Positions 39,138 to 48,308 are shown, numbered from the stretch's first letter. The stretch is DNA of 64,000 nucleotides from an uncultured Bacillota bacterium (GCA_946611195.1 CAMODB010000004.1:33-64032), one strand, 5' to 3'. Program-made: numbers and translations. The notes: generated by a model not told the origin, from the sequence alone.

Positions 39138-40331
39138 TTAGAATGGAAGATCATCTACATCAAGATCATCTATTTCTTGACTAATACTATCCTGTTTCTT
39201 ATTTAAATTATTAATAACTCTTAGTTGTAATACAGTTGGTATAAACATAGAAACTAAAGAATAAATATCATCAAATGAATATTCATAATTAAAATGATAT
39301 ATTTTTCTAAATAAATCAAAATATTTTTTATCTAAAAATAATGTTTCAATTGTATTATCGATAATTGCTATTTTTACTAAATTATCTCTAGATGTGCTAG
39401 ATATTGGTTTTTTCAAGTTACTTATTATTTTATTAATTTGTGAACAAGCATTTTTATACTTTTCTTTTAATTCTTCATTAAATTCAAAACTAATAGTAAT
39501 GTCATCATCTTCAATCTCTTGTTCTAGCATATTTCTACCATAAATAGTGCACTTAGTTTCATCAGCTATAATCGTATTTTCTACACTACCAAGTACATAA
39601 TATTCATAATCAGCAATAATAAGCATCTTAGAATGGCAATCTGTTATCTTCAAATCTCCAAAATTTACATTTTTATCTTCATTTGCATCGTAATTTTCAA
39701 GTTCATATTTCTCAACATCAAAAAATTCATCATTATCAAAAAATTCAACCTCAAAAAGATGCCATGTATCATAAACGTATTTTAATTTTTCATATAGCAA
39801 ATAATCTTTATTATTAATTGCATTTTCTGTCATATTAAAGTATTCATTTTTACCATAGATTCTATATTTCTCATATAATTCTTGAGAATAATCGTCATGC
39901 ATACCTTCAAAAGCTTTATAAGAAAATACAGCTCTACTATAAGAATTGGTTACAAAATGTATTAAAGAAAGCAATTCGTGAGTTTGATTAACAAAGTGAT
40001 AATCGTTTTCATCAAACATTTTTACTTTTACTATATTCTTATCACTACAACTATTTGCATTAGATAATAAATCGAGCATTTTAAGTACAACGCCTTTATA
40101 AAATCCTTTTTCGATAGATCCTTTTTCCTTTATTACTAAAGAATCTTCTCTTATATATTCGCATTCACATTTAGTTTTTAAAACAAAGTTTTCTTCGTGT
40201 AAATCTGGTACAAAAGTAATCAAATATTTTTGATGACATTTTACTATCTCGCTATTATTGTTTTCTACAAAATTCTCATCAAATATTATTTCAACGCTTT
40301 TACCTATTATTCCTCTTTTACTATAAGCCAT
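39138..40331 (-). CDS. Hypothetical acidic protein ending in an SSB-like C-terminal tip (…EIDDLDVDDLPF)
   Basis: AATAGGAGGATTT-ATG SD. No signal peptide. I recognise no family. Confidence 0.6.
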   Translation of the reverse strand: MAYSKRGIIGKSVEIIFDENFVENNNSEIVKCHQKYLITFVPDLHEENFVLKTKCECEYIREDSLVIKEKGSIEKGFYKGVVLKMLDLLSNANSCSDKNIVKVKMFDENDYHFVNQTHELLSLIHFVTNSYSRAVFSYKAFEGMHDDYSQELYEKYRIYGKNEYFNMTENAINNKDYLLYEKLKYVYDTWHLFEVEFFDNDEFFDVEKYELENYDANEDKNVNFGDLKITDCHSKMLIIADYEYYVLGSVENTIIADETKCTIYGRNMLEQEIEDDDITISFEFNEELKEKYKNACSQINKIISNLKKPISSTSRDNLVKIAIIDNTIETLFLDKKYFDLFRKIYHFNYEYSFDDIYSLVSMFIPTVLQLRVINNLNKKQDSISQEIDDLDVDDLPF

Positions 40332-40469
40332 AAATCCTCCTATTTACCAATATAAGTTTTATTGTATAATATTTTTCAGCCACTATTAACATGCAATTGC
40401 ATAATATAGGTATTTTAAAAATGACATAATACATTGTCAAAATATATATAAAAATAAGTTTCAATTGTA

Positions 40470-41297
40470 TTACTCTACATCTATTTTATAATATTCAGAG
40501 TTAGTAAATCTATAGTCTTCCGGATAATAACTTTGTAAGAAACTATCAACATCTTTTATTTGAGTAAAAATTTTTAATCCTTTATAAAATAGTTTTTCAG
40601 GAATTAGTTTAACTACATATTTACTTAAATTTTTAATTCTAAAATTTTTCCGCATTCCACCATGTTCTGTAATAGAAGCATCATATATGAGTTCTAAATG
40701 AAATGAATCTACATCGTCGCCGCTTTCTGTTAGCAAATCTTCAATAGAAATATTTTCTATCATAAGAATTACTCTTGGACTATCTTTAAATTTGTTGTAT
40801 TCAGAGATTATATAATTGATGGATTCCTCAATTCCTAGATCAATCTTTAAATCCCTTAAACCAACAGCATTAAAATATGCAAAACGAGCAACTTCTCCAA
40901 TTTTAATATTAGAAAAAGTTACAGCAGATAAGAAATTGATAGTAACATAGAAATCTCCATATTCATAGTTATGCATTTCTCCAAATGTCAGAGTATGTTC
41001 TTCGCAAAAATAAGTATTGCGAGTTTTTCTGTATTCGTTAATTGTACTTACAATTTCTTTATTTTTTTCGTTTGAAAAATAATATTCTTTAACAGCTTTC
41101 ATAATCTTTATTGAATGATCATGAATTAATTTAATTTCATTCATGTCGCACTCAAGAGCTGCTAAAGACGTCCCGTGAAATAAAGGCTTTCTACAAACTT
41201 TCATATCAGATGTATCTATTTCTTTGCCAAAATAATTCATCAATGATTTTTCATCGATATTTATATAGTTAATCTTTTCCATAAAAATTATTCTCAT
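40470..41297 (-). CDS. Hypothetical protein with ADP-ribosyltransferase-like (H-Y-E type) motifs
   Basis: PLFHGTS (H41), GDFYVTINFLSAVTF (Y117-x10-F128), and candidate Glu strands VILMIEN / FHLELIY. The start codon is uncertain. Confidence 0.35.
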   Translation of the reverse strand: MRIIFMEKINYINIDEKSLMNYFGKEIDTSDMKVCRKPLFHGTSLAALECDMNEIKLIHDHSIKIMKAVKEYYFSNEKNKEIVSTINEYRKTRNTYFCEEHTLTFGEMHNYEYGDFYVTINFLSAVTFSNIKIGEVARFAYFNAVGLRDLKIDLGIEESINYIISEYNKFKDSPRVILMIENISIEDLLTESGDDVDSFHLELIYDASITEHGGMRKNFRIKNLSKYVVKLIPEKLFYKGLKIFTQIKDVDSFLQSYYPEDYRFTNSEYYKIDVE

Positions 41298-41379
41298 CCT
41301 ATAATCAATTTTTTAGTGTAGATGTTCTATATGGTTTTATATTATATATTATTTAAAAACATTATTAATTCATCAATTT

Positions 41380-42648
41380 TTATATAGTAATTCCTTTACT
41401 TTCCATTTTTTTAACAATATTAGAATACTTTCTATTTTTATTGAAAGAAGCTGTATCAGCAATTTGATTAGATATTCTAATTAAATCACCATTTTCTAAT
41501 TTGATAATATCATTAAAGAATCTTGAAGAATCTTTAATATTACTAACTAAGGAAGTCATTTGAGGAAATTCACTATCTATTTCAGCAAATGAATTAATAT
41601 TATAACGTTTAATATATTCATTAAATAATTCAAAAACAATCCTTCTCTTACTTTTTTCCTTACTTTTAGCTGGTTTTGTAGATGAACTAACTTTTTTAAC
41701 GTTCATACCATAGCTAATACCAATATATTTATCACCTGGATTTGCTATTTTTGTTTGTGTGGATAACATTAATTTACTTAGATAATCATCATATTCACTT
41801 CCATATCTTTTTCTAAACTGCTCTTGGGCATATTGTTGTAGCTCTAGCATTTCACCAACATCATTATTTTTTACTTTTATATCAGGGGCAAAAGTATGAC
41901 AACGGTTTTTACCAGATTTTGGTGTTAAAATATAATTTAAAGGACATGCTAATCTTAAAAAATGAGCTTTTAATACATCTATTGCTTGTTTAGGAGCATT
42001 AACTATTACCCTTGAATAAAAACTACCATACTTATCACTTCTTGGTAAATAATCTTCATATTCGCCACGAGTAATACCATATAGTTTACACCACTCACTT
42101 TCATTCATGCTCTTACCATTTATTAAATAATCCATTCCACTATCAATAATGTGTGATATTTTATATCCCGAATCAGCAAAACCAGGATTTTTACCTTTCT
42201 TACCATCTATGGAGTAAGCTGCTTTTACTTTTTCGTATTTCGAGTCACATGGACCAAATCTTGCAGGAAACTCTCTAGAAATCATTGCTTCTTTAAACTC
42301 ATGATAATCAGGCACATATTCATCTAAGGCCAACTTATAAAAATATGCAGCAAAGAAATTATCAGTAAAAAAATAAGAATATTCATTAGTTTGAGTAAAA
42401 AAGCCTCTTCTTAAAGAAATATAGTTCTTTTTACCTTTCTCAGTATTATTATAGTTTCTAATAACAAAAACAGCATCAGGATCATTAATGTACTTTAAAA
42501 GCATATGATATATACCAATAACAACATCCTTCTTAGGTAAACAAGGCTCTACAAAGTGTTCCCAGAATTCCTTTATAGTATTATCACTACCATCTTTAAT
42601 AACATCTATCTTTGGTTTATTTAGAGTTTTAAGTTTATCAATTAGCAT
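41380..42648 (-). CDS. Hypothetical protein, 422 aa
   Basis: Long ORF with coding-like composition. I recognise no motif confidently. Confidence 0.5.
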   Translation of the reverse strand: MLIDKLKTLNKPKIDVIKDGSDNTIKEFWEHFVEPCLPKKDVVIGIYHMLLKYINDPDAVFVIRNYNNTEKGKKNYISLRRGFFTQTNEYSYFFTDNFFAAYFYKLALDEYVPDYHEFKEAMISREFPARFGPCDSKYEKVKAAYSIDGKKGKNPGFADSGYKISHIIDSGMDYLINGKSMNESEWCKLYGITRGEYEDYLPRSDKYGSFYSRVIVNAPKQAIDVLKAHFLRLACPLNYILTPKSGKNRCHTFAPDIKVKNNDVGEMLELQQYAQEQFRKRYGSEYDDYLSKLMLSTQTKIANPGDKYIGISYGMNVKKVSSSTKPAKSKEKSKRRIVFELFNEYIKRYNINSFAEIDSEFPQMTSLVSNIKDSSRFFNDIIKLENGDLIRISNQIADTASFNKNRKYSNIVKKMESKGITI

Positions 42649-42681
42649 TATTCATATTTCCTTTCTTATTACAAATTTATA

Positions 42682-43269
42682 TTAAAATAACTTTTTCATA
42701 CTTCCAGTTACGCCATCTTCCATAAATACATTTATATCTTGATTCATTAATATTTTCATAATTTCAGCGCCGTTTTTTGAATCATATATAGCATCAAAAG
42801 CTATTTCCCAAAGTTTCCTATATAATTCTTTATTATTTAGATCCAATTTAAGTTCACTTCTCGTATATGGATGTATACTAATTAATTTACTAGTAGAAGA
42901 TTCTACTAATTCTGCACAACCAACTTGTTTTTGAAAGGTAGGTGCGTATAAATTGATAACATATTTTTTATTAATATTTTGTTTGTTAGTATTTGAATAT
43001 ACAATGTAATTTTTAAATTTAATAAGAGCACTTCGATAACTATTATGGCTTTTAGCTCCAAGATCTTTTTTATTACCTTCAGTGTAATCATAACATAATG
43101 TTTCAATATTGTCATGAATATCTTCTAGTGTTATTTCTTCAAATCGACATATCATTATTATTCTTTTACAATAATCTTCAACCGTACTATCACTTAAATT
43201 AGCCTCTTTTTTTAAATATTCACGAAAACCATTTAAATCTTTTTTATCAATATTTTTATATTTATTCAT
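42682..43269 (-). CDS. Hypothetical protein whose N-terminus resembles an integrase-type SAM-like/core-binding helix bundle
   Basis: FREYLKKEANLSDSTVEDYCKRIIMICRF. AGGAG SD and a consensus promoter lie upstream. No catalytic recombinase domain. Confidence 0.45.
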   Translation of the reverse strand: MNKYKNIDKKDLNGFREYLKKEANLSDSTVEDYCKRIIMICRFEEITLEDIHDNIETLCYDYTEGNKKDLGAKSHNSYRSALIKFKNYIVYSNTNKQNINKKYVINLYAPTFQKQVGCAELVESSTSKLISIHPYTRSELKLDLNNKELYRKLWEIAFDAIYDSKNGAEIMKILMNQDINVFMEDGVTGSMKKLF

Positions 43270-43292
43270 AAATATCTCCTAAATACGCTTAT

Positions 43293-43321
43293 ATTGTAAC
43301 ACACTAATTTTGGTGTGTCAA
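43293..43321 (-). promoter_or_regulatory. Consensus promoter TTGACA, 17 nt, TACAAT, with an inverted repeat ACACAC/GTGTGT in the spacer
   Basis: The minus strand reads TTGACAcaccaaaattagtgtgtTACAAT, followed by AGGAG and the ATG of the 195-aa ORF. Confidence 0.65.
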
Positions 43322-43571
43322 GTGTTTTGATTAAAAAAATTTTTTTCTTACAAGATGCAAACTATTAATACTAAATCACTCTATAAGCTTTTGATCCTAT
43401 TATACAAAAAAGATGTGTCGAAATTGACACATCTATTATTGAATTTGATTTAATATATCCAACAATTTCTTTTTGAACATCATTGGTTATAATAATTCTA
43501 TCTTTTTGGATAACTTTTATATTGTCATCTGGCAAAATTATCTTTACAAGAAAAAGCACAAAAATATAAAA

Positions 43572-44879
43572 TTAAAATGGTAATGGTCCATCATCGTCAT
43601 CAAATTTTGATGAATATTTATATTTTTCTTTTTCTTCAGCTTCTTCTTCAGCTTTTGTTTTTTTAACAATAAATTTATCACCATTCTTATCCACTATTTT
43701 GCAATGTAAATCTTTTAAAACCATTTTTATATCTTTATGAACTTTTAGTTCTTCATAGTTTTCTTTTATCACATGTATTAACATGTAATATGGATTAGAT
43801 TTTGTGCCTATATATGCGCTGCTATTATAAAAGTTGCACTTAATTCTATATTTATGTGGTTCTTCTATATCGGTTGGTCCAAAAAATTCTTCCGTAGTAT
43901 ATCCTTCTCCATACCCAATAATATCATCAGCTATTTCAGCATTTTCTGGTAAAATAATTCTCTCTAAATTAAAACATCTTCTAAATGCTTCATTCCCAAT
44001 TTTCTCAACACTATCAGGAATGACTGCATTCTCTAAACTAACACATTCGGAGAAAGCCAAGCTATCAATTATCTTTAAAGTTTTTGGTAAATTTATTTCT
44101 TTAAGCTTTTTACAACCAAAAAATGCACTATCACCAATTCTTTTTAAATTACTAGAAAAAGTAATGTTTTTCAAATTACTACAATTACGGAATGCATCTT
44201 CCTCAATCACTTCAACGCTATTAGGTATTACTATACTTTCTAAATTCGTATTACCAGAAAAAGCACTTTTACCTATTATTTTTACACCTTCAGGAATAAT
44301 AGAATTCTGACATGTGGCAATTAATAACATCTTCGTCTTATCAACAATAACATTTGAATTAAATGATCCATAATTAGGATTGCTATCATCAATTACTATT
44401 TTTTCCGCGTTTTTAAAAAATTTAGAATAACTATCACCACACTCAATATATTCAACACTATCTGGAATAATAATACCTTTTGCAGAACAATCTACATCCA
44501 AGTAAACATGAGTTAATGCATCTGGAATAGTAATTTCGTCAATTGCATCAATGTATTTACTTTTAATTCCTGCTGTTCCTGTAAAAGAATCATACTCAAA
44601 TAAATCATCTTGCATAATATCATATGTAGATTTTTCTACTAAATTGTAAACAGTTGCTTTTCCATTTGCAATTATTTTTAATTCCTTACTATCATTAGAT
44701 AATAATAGTACAATCTTATTCATCTCACTTGATATTCTATATTCTAATCTTTCGTTCACTCCTTGCATATCATAATCAGCCGTATAATCAACATCTAATT
44801 TAAATTCAGGAGCTGTTATATCATTTTTTTTGTTTTTATTAATCACACCTGTTATTCTAAATCCATCGACCCAAGACAT
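43572..44879 (-). CDS. Cytoplasmic BspA-type LRR (LRR_5) protein ending in an SSB-like tip (…KFDDDDGPLPF)
   Basis: Repeats of the form IP.SV..I...AF..C..L. No signal peptide. A Lys/Glu-rich linker precedes the acidic tail. Confidence 0.65.
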   Translation of the reverse strand: MSWVDGFRITGVINKNKKNDITAPEFKLDVDYTADYDMQGVNERLEYRISSEMNKIVLLLSNDSKELKIIANGKATVYNLVEKSTYDIMQDDLFEYDSFTGTAGIKSKYIDAIDEITIPDALTHVYLDVDCSAKGIIIPDSVEYIECGDSYSKFFKNAEKIVIDDSNPNYGSFNSNVIVDKTKMLLIATCQNSIIPEGVKIIGKSAFSGNTNLESIVIPNSVEVIEEDAFRNCSNLKNITFSSNLKRIGDSAFFGCKKLKEINLPKTLKIIDSLAFSECVSLENAVIPDSVEKIGNEAFRRCFNLERIILPENAEIADDIIGYGEGYTTEEFFGPTDIEEPHKYRIKCNFYNSSAYIGTKSNPYYMLIHVIKENYEELKVHKDIKMVLKDLHCKIVDKNGDKFIVKKTKAEEEAEEKEKYKYSSKFDDDDGPLPF

Positions 44880-45299
44880 TCTTTTACCTCCTCATTTTTT
44901 AATTATTTAAACATTTCTAATATTAGAATATAATCTATTATTATTATTTTCATTTTTACCAATCAATTATTACAAATTTAAATAAAATTAACTTCATGCT
45001 CATCAGTTTGTATTATACTATACAGTTTTCAATAATTTTGTCTATTACTTGAAGCACTTTTTATTTTTATTATAAAACTGTCAAATAGGATATGACGATA
45101 ATTTAAAAATTTGAACACTAGTATAGCATTTATAATATCTTCATGAATAATAATTTTTAATTAAAACAAAATAGGACCAATATCTTTTGTATAGTTCTGT
45201 AAAAAGTTAGAGTGATGAGTATTTGATATGATATCTCTAATGTGTCTTTTTTTATTTAGTCCGTTTTAATCAAACTAGTTCTATTTTGATAAAGAGTTT

Positions 45300-46235
45300 T
45301 TATTTTTTTATTTTAGCCTCACACTCAACATATTCATCATCATCATCTTCATCATCAGCTTCATTAAAACTATTTAAATGAATATATTTGTCTGTCATAT
45401 CAATTGAACCTACAATTACACTTTTTAAATTATCGCACCACCAAAATGCATTATCCTTAATTCTTACTAATTTATTTTGTATTTCAATTTTTTCTAAAGA
45501 ATGGCACTTACTAAATGCATCTTCTTCGATTTCTTTTACACTTTCTGGAATTGCTATATTTGTCAATTTATAACATTCTCTAAATGCTTCTGTTCTTATT
45601 GTATCAACTTTGCTTGAAATAACAATATCAGTTAATTGTTTGCATCCAGCAAATAATCCAATATTAATTTTAGTAATATTATCTGATAATTTTATATGTT
45701 TTAGACTAGTACATCCCGCAAATGCCCCTTTTCCAATTTCTTTTACACTATCAGTCATGATAATTTCATTAATTCTTGTGCATTTGGCAAAGGCCCAATC
45801 GCCTATTCTTTCTACTGAATTTGGAATATTAACTCTAGTCAAACTTTTACAACCACAAAATAAACCTTCTTGAATAGTTTTTATGCTATTTGGTATTTCT
45901 AATCGATTAATCTTTTTTTCATTTAAATATAAAGCACTACCATAAAATAGCGGATTGGAATGCACTGAAACAAAATCTATTTTACACCAAGATTCAACAC
46001 TGCTTATACCAACATATTTAATTTTTTTGCATCCAAAAAATGCTTCTTTTCCTATTTTACGCACACTCTCAGAAAGTATTATTTTCTTAATATTATTGCA
46101 ATTTAAAAATGCATTGTCTTGTATTTCGACGACCCCATTAGGTACTACAATAGATTCTTCGTCACATCCTTTTATTAAAACATTATCTTTAATTATTAAG
46201 CTCAAACTTTTATTCCTCCCATTAAAAAATATCAT
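45300..46235 (-). CDS. Cytoplasmic BspA-type LRR (LRR_5) protein with an acidic C-terminus
   Basis: At least 8 repeats of the form IP.SV..IG..AF..C..L. No signal peptide. Confidence 0.65.
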   Translation of the reverse strand: MIFFNGRNKSLSLIIKDNVLIKGCDEESIVVPNGVVEIQDNAFLNCNNIKKIILSESVRKIGKEAFFGCKKIKYVGISSVESWCKIDFVSVHSNPLFYGSALYLNEKKINRLEIPNSIKTIQEGLFCGCKSLTRVNIPNSVERIGDWAFAKCTRINEIIMTDSVKEIGKGAFAGCTSLKHIKLSDNITKINIGLFAGCKQLTDIVISSKVDTIRTEAFRECYKLTNIAIPESVKEIEEDAFSKCHSLEKIEIQNKLVRIKDNAFWWCDNLKSVIVGSIDMTDKYIHLNSFNEADDEDDDDEYVECEAKIKK

Positions 46236-46292
46236 ATTAGAATAATCTTTATAATTAAATCAAATAGATAACTTTAAAACTGAAAATGGATA

Positions 46293-46499
46293 TCAATATT
46301 CTTCCCTTATCGCATTTTCTAATATTTTATAAGTGTTTATTAGCTTTTCAAAAGAAGGTGTTATATCCAATCTTTTAGCGAAAGATCTTAAAGATTCATC
46401 ACCACGTATTTTTCTCATGCATTTTCCAAAAGCACTAATCATTATAATACAATTGAAATCATTTATTACTATCAAACACCCTATATTATTAGAGTTCAT
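46293..46499 (-). CDS. Short ORF with a degenerate XRE-like HTH; possibly a remnant
   Basis: MRKIRGDESLRSFAKRLDITPS resembles an HTH. The N-terminus is poor and there is no clear SD. Confidence 0.25.
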   Translation of the reverse strand: MNSNNIGCLIVINDFNCIIMISAFGKCMRKIRGDESLRSFAKRLDITPSFEKLINTYKILENAIREEY

Positions 46500-46539
46500 T
46501 ATCAGTCTACTTAAAGTTATTGTGGTCTCGTTTGGTTAG

Positions 46540-47223
46540 TTATTGTTCAATCTTTTCTAACAATCCTTGTAATTTGCATATAAGATGATTGTAATCACCT
46601 TTTACATCTTTGCAATGCAAGATAGGATTATACGCTCCGAATAAATTTAGGCTTTCAGATGATGAATCGGAAAATGAAAACAATGGAGATCCATCAAATT
46701 CTGGAGGAAAAGCAGTTTTTATAGCACCAAACTATTCAATTGTTCCATTGTAAAAAACATCTTTCATTTTAGTAAACTGAAAAGCATTGGAGCTTATAGA
46801 CTCTATAGCTTTGCTGAGTTTAATCTTTGAAAGCAATTCACAATGAAAAAACGCCCTTGCGCCAATAGATACAAAAACTAGTTCAGTGATAAGCTTGCAA
46901 TTAGAAAAGGCTTCTTCTTCAATACGGATAAGTGATTTAGGTAATTCTTTTTTTGCAAGTATCAATTTATAGCACGAAGAAAATGCAGAAGAACAGATCT
47001 CAGTTATTGAGTCAGGCAGATTAATTGATGATAGGTTTATGCATCGCGCAAAGGCAAGCTGATTGATTCTACGAAGAGATGATGGTAGTTCTACTGAAAT
47101 AATAGATTCGTTATCTTTGAAAGCACTATCGCCAATTGCAATCGTTCCTTCAGGAACAACCACATATCTATTGTGACCAATATATTTAATTAAAACACCA
47201 TCTTTAATTTCAAAATCCCCCAT
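46540..47223 (-). pseudogene. BspA-type LRR protein split by an in-frame TAG (46732-46734)
   Basis: 163 codons, then TAG, then 63 more codons in the same frame. The junction FYNGTIE*FGAI fits the common LRR_5 C-terminal motif GT.EQW..I. Confidence 0.5.
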
Positions 47224-47252
47224 AAATATACCTCACAAAAACATTTTTTATT

Positions 47253-47831
47253 TTAATATGGAAAATAAGCATTTTTTATTTTTGAAATTTCTCTTTTTAG
47301 TTTTTTATTACACTCTTCTAAATCAAAAGAATTAAAATCTAACATTGTATGTCTTCCTCTTTTTATAAATAATAAAGGATATTCTAAAGGTTTACCATCT
47401 AGGTAATCTTCTAAAATGAATTTCCCATCTTCTACAATACCATATCCGACTCCATCAACAACTCTTGGAATTCTATATATTTCTTTTAATTCAATTTGTT
47501 CTATTACTTCAATAACAAATTCGTAATTTTCACCAAAATCATATGTCATCATAAATTTATTGTTTTTAATATCTAATTGATCTAAAGTTACTGACCAAGT
47601 ATTAATACCTTTATCCGGATAACCCATTTCTTCAGCTTCTCTTAAACTGATTTCACATTCATATTTTTTAAAATCATCTTCAAATTCGTATAAATGATAT
47701 GCTAATGTATTAAATATTGAAAGAATTGTAAATGCTAATTCATCTAAATCATTATCATGTTTAAATAAAATAGTTCTATTTAACCTATCTTCATAATTAT
47801 TAAGCGATATTTTTAATTTATAATATTTCAT
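47253..47831 (-). CDS. pRiA4b ORF-3-like (PRiA4_ORF3) family protein
   Basis: MKYYKLKISL....R.I......L.EL...I......HLYEFE matches the PF07929-type N-terminal pattern. Confidence 0.55.
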   Translation of the reverse strand: MKYYKLKISLNNYEDRLNRTILFKHDNDLDELAFTILSIFNTLAYHLYEFEDDFKKYECEISLREAEEMGYPDKGINTWSVTLDQLDIKNNKFMMTYDFGENYEFVIEVIEQIELKEIYRIPRVVDGVGYGIVEDGKFILEDYLDGKPLEYPLLFIKRGRHTMLDFNSFDLEECNKKLKREISKIKNAYFPY

Positions 47832-48277
47832 ATTACACGTATAATTAATTAAACTAAAAATACTTATTTAATTAATTAACTCCTTTCTTCTAATTTTGTT
47901 TATTTCATATAATATTAGATGATATAATAAATTGCACTGTGGATCTTTACCTGTATTACTAAGGCATTATTTGACCATTTCGAGGTGATTACTATCACAG
48001 TCTTTTTTCTAATGTTAATTCGGTTAATTAGAGCTATTTAGACTCTTTATGATGAACGTGAATACATGATTAGAGAACCTTCTGTGGATGACTCAGTGTG
48101 CAAATATTTATTTTTGGAGGTGTTGCAGTCACTCCTTTCACACTTATATTATACACTAAAACAAATTTAATTTCCACCATTATTTCTTATTGGTTCGAGT
48201 CCGTGATTAGTCTCCTCATAAAGAGGTAAAAAAAGAGACTATTTCACTATATTTCAAGCAAAATAGCCTACATAAAT

Positions 48278-48308
48278 AAAAAAATAGGCCTTTACTCAGA
48301 AGACCTAT
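48278..48308 (-). terminator. ssrA terminator
   Basis: On the minus strand, stem ATAGGTC pairs with GGCCTAT (one G-U pair), followed by a T run. It lies 14 nt after the tmRNA CCA end. Confidence 0.6.

Noticed and set aside
42906-43115. 69-aa minus-strand ORF nested in the 195-aa gene
   Set aside because: It is an alternative frame inside a better-supported ORF that has its own promoter and SD.
43371-43559. 62-aa ORF just downstream of the SSB-tailed LRR gene
   Set aside because: It has a GTG start and no SD, and I recognise no motif. It may be a remnant. The support is not enough to call it a gene.
43834-44310. 158-aa plus-strand ORF, together with those at 45388-45573, 45610-45873 and 45955-46245
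   Set aside because: They lie antisense to the LRR genes. Long antisense frames are a by-product of the periodic LRR repeats and AT-rich codons. They have no SD, and their sequence is low-complexity (Ser/Leu/Phe-rich).
47936-48100. Direct repeat of the ssrA 3' end (att site) inside the island
   Set aside because: Only an 8-nt CTGTGGAT / GTGGATG-type match was seen by eye, at about 47938 and about 48082. That is too short and degenerate to claim. A computational repeat search is needed.
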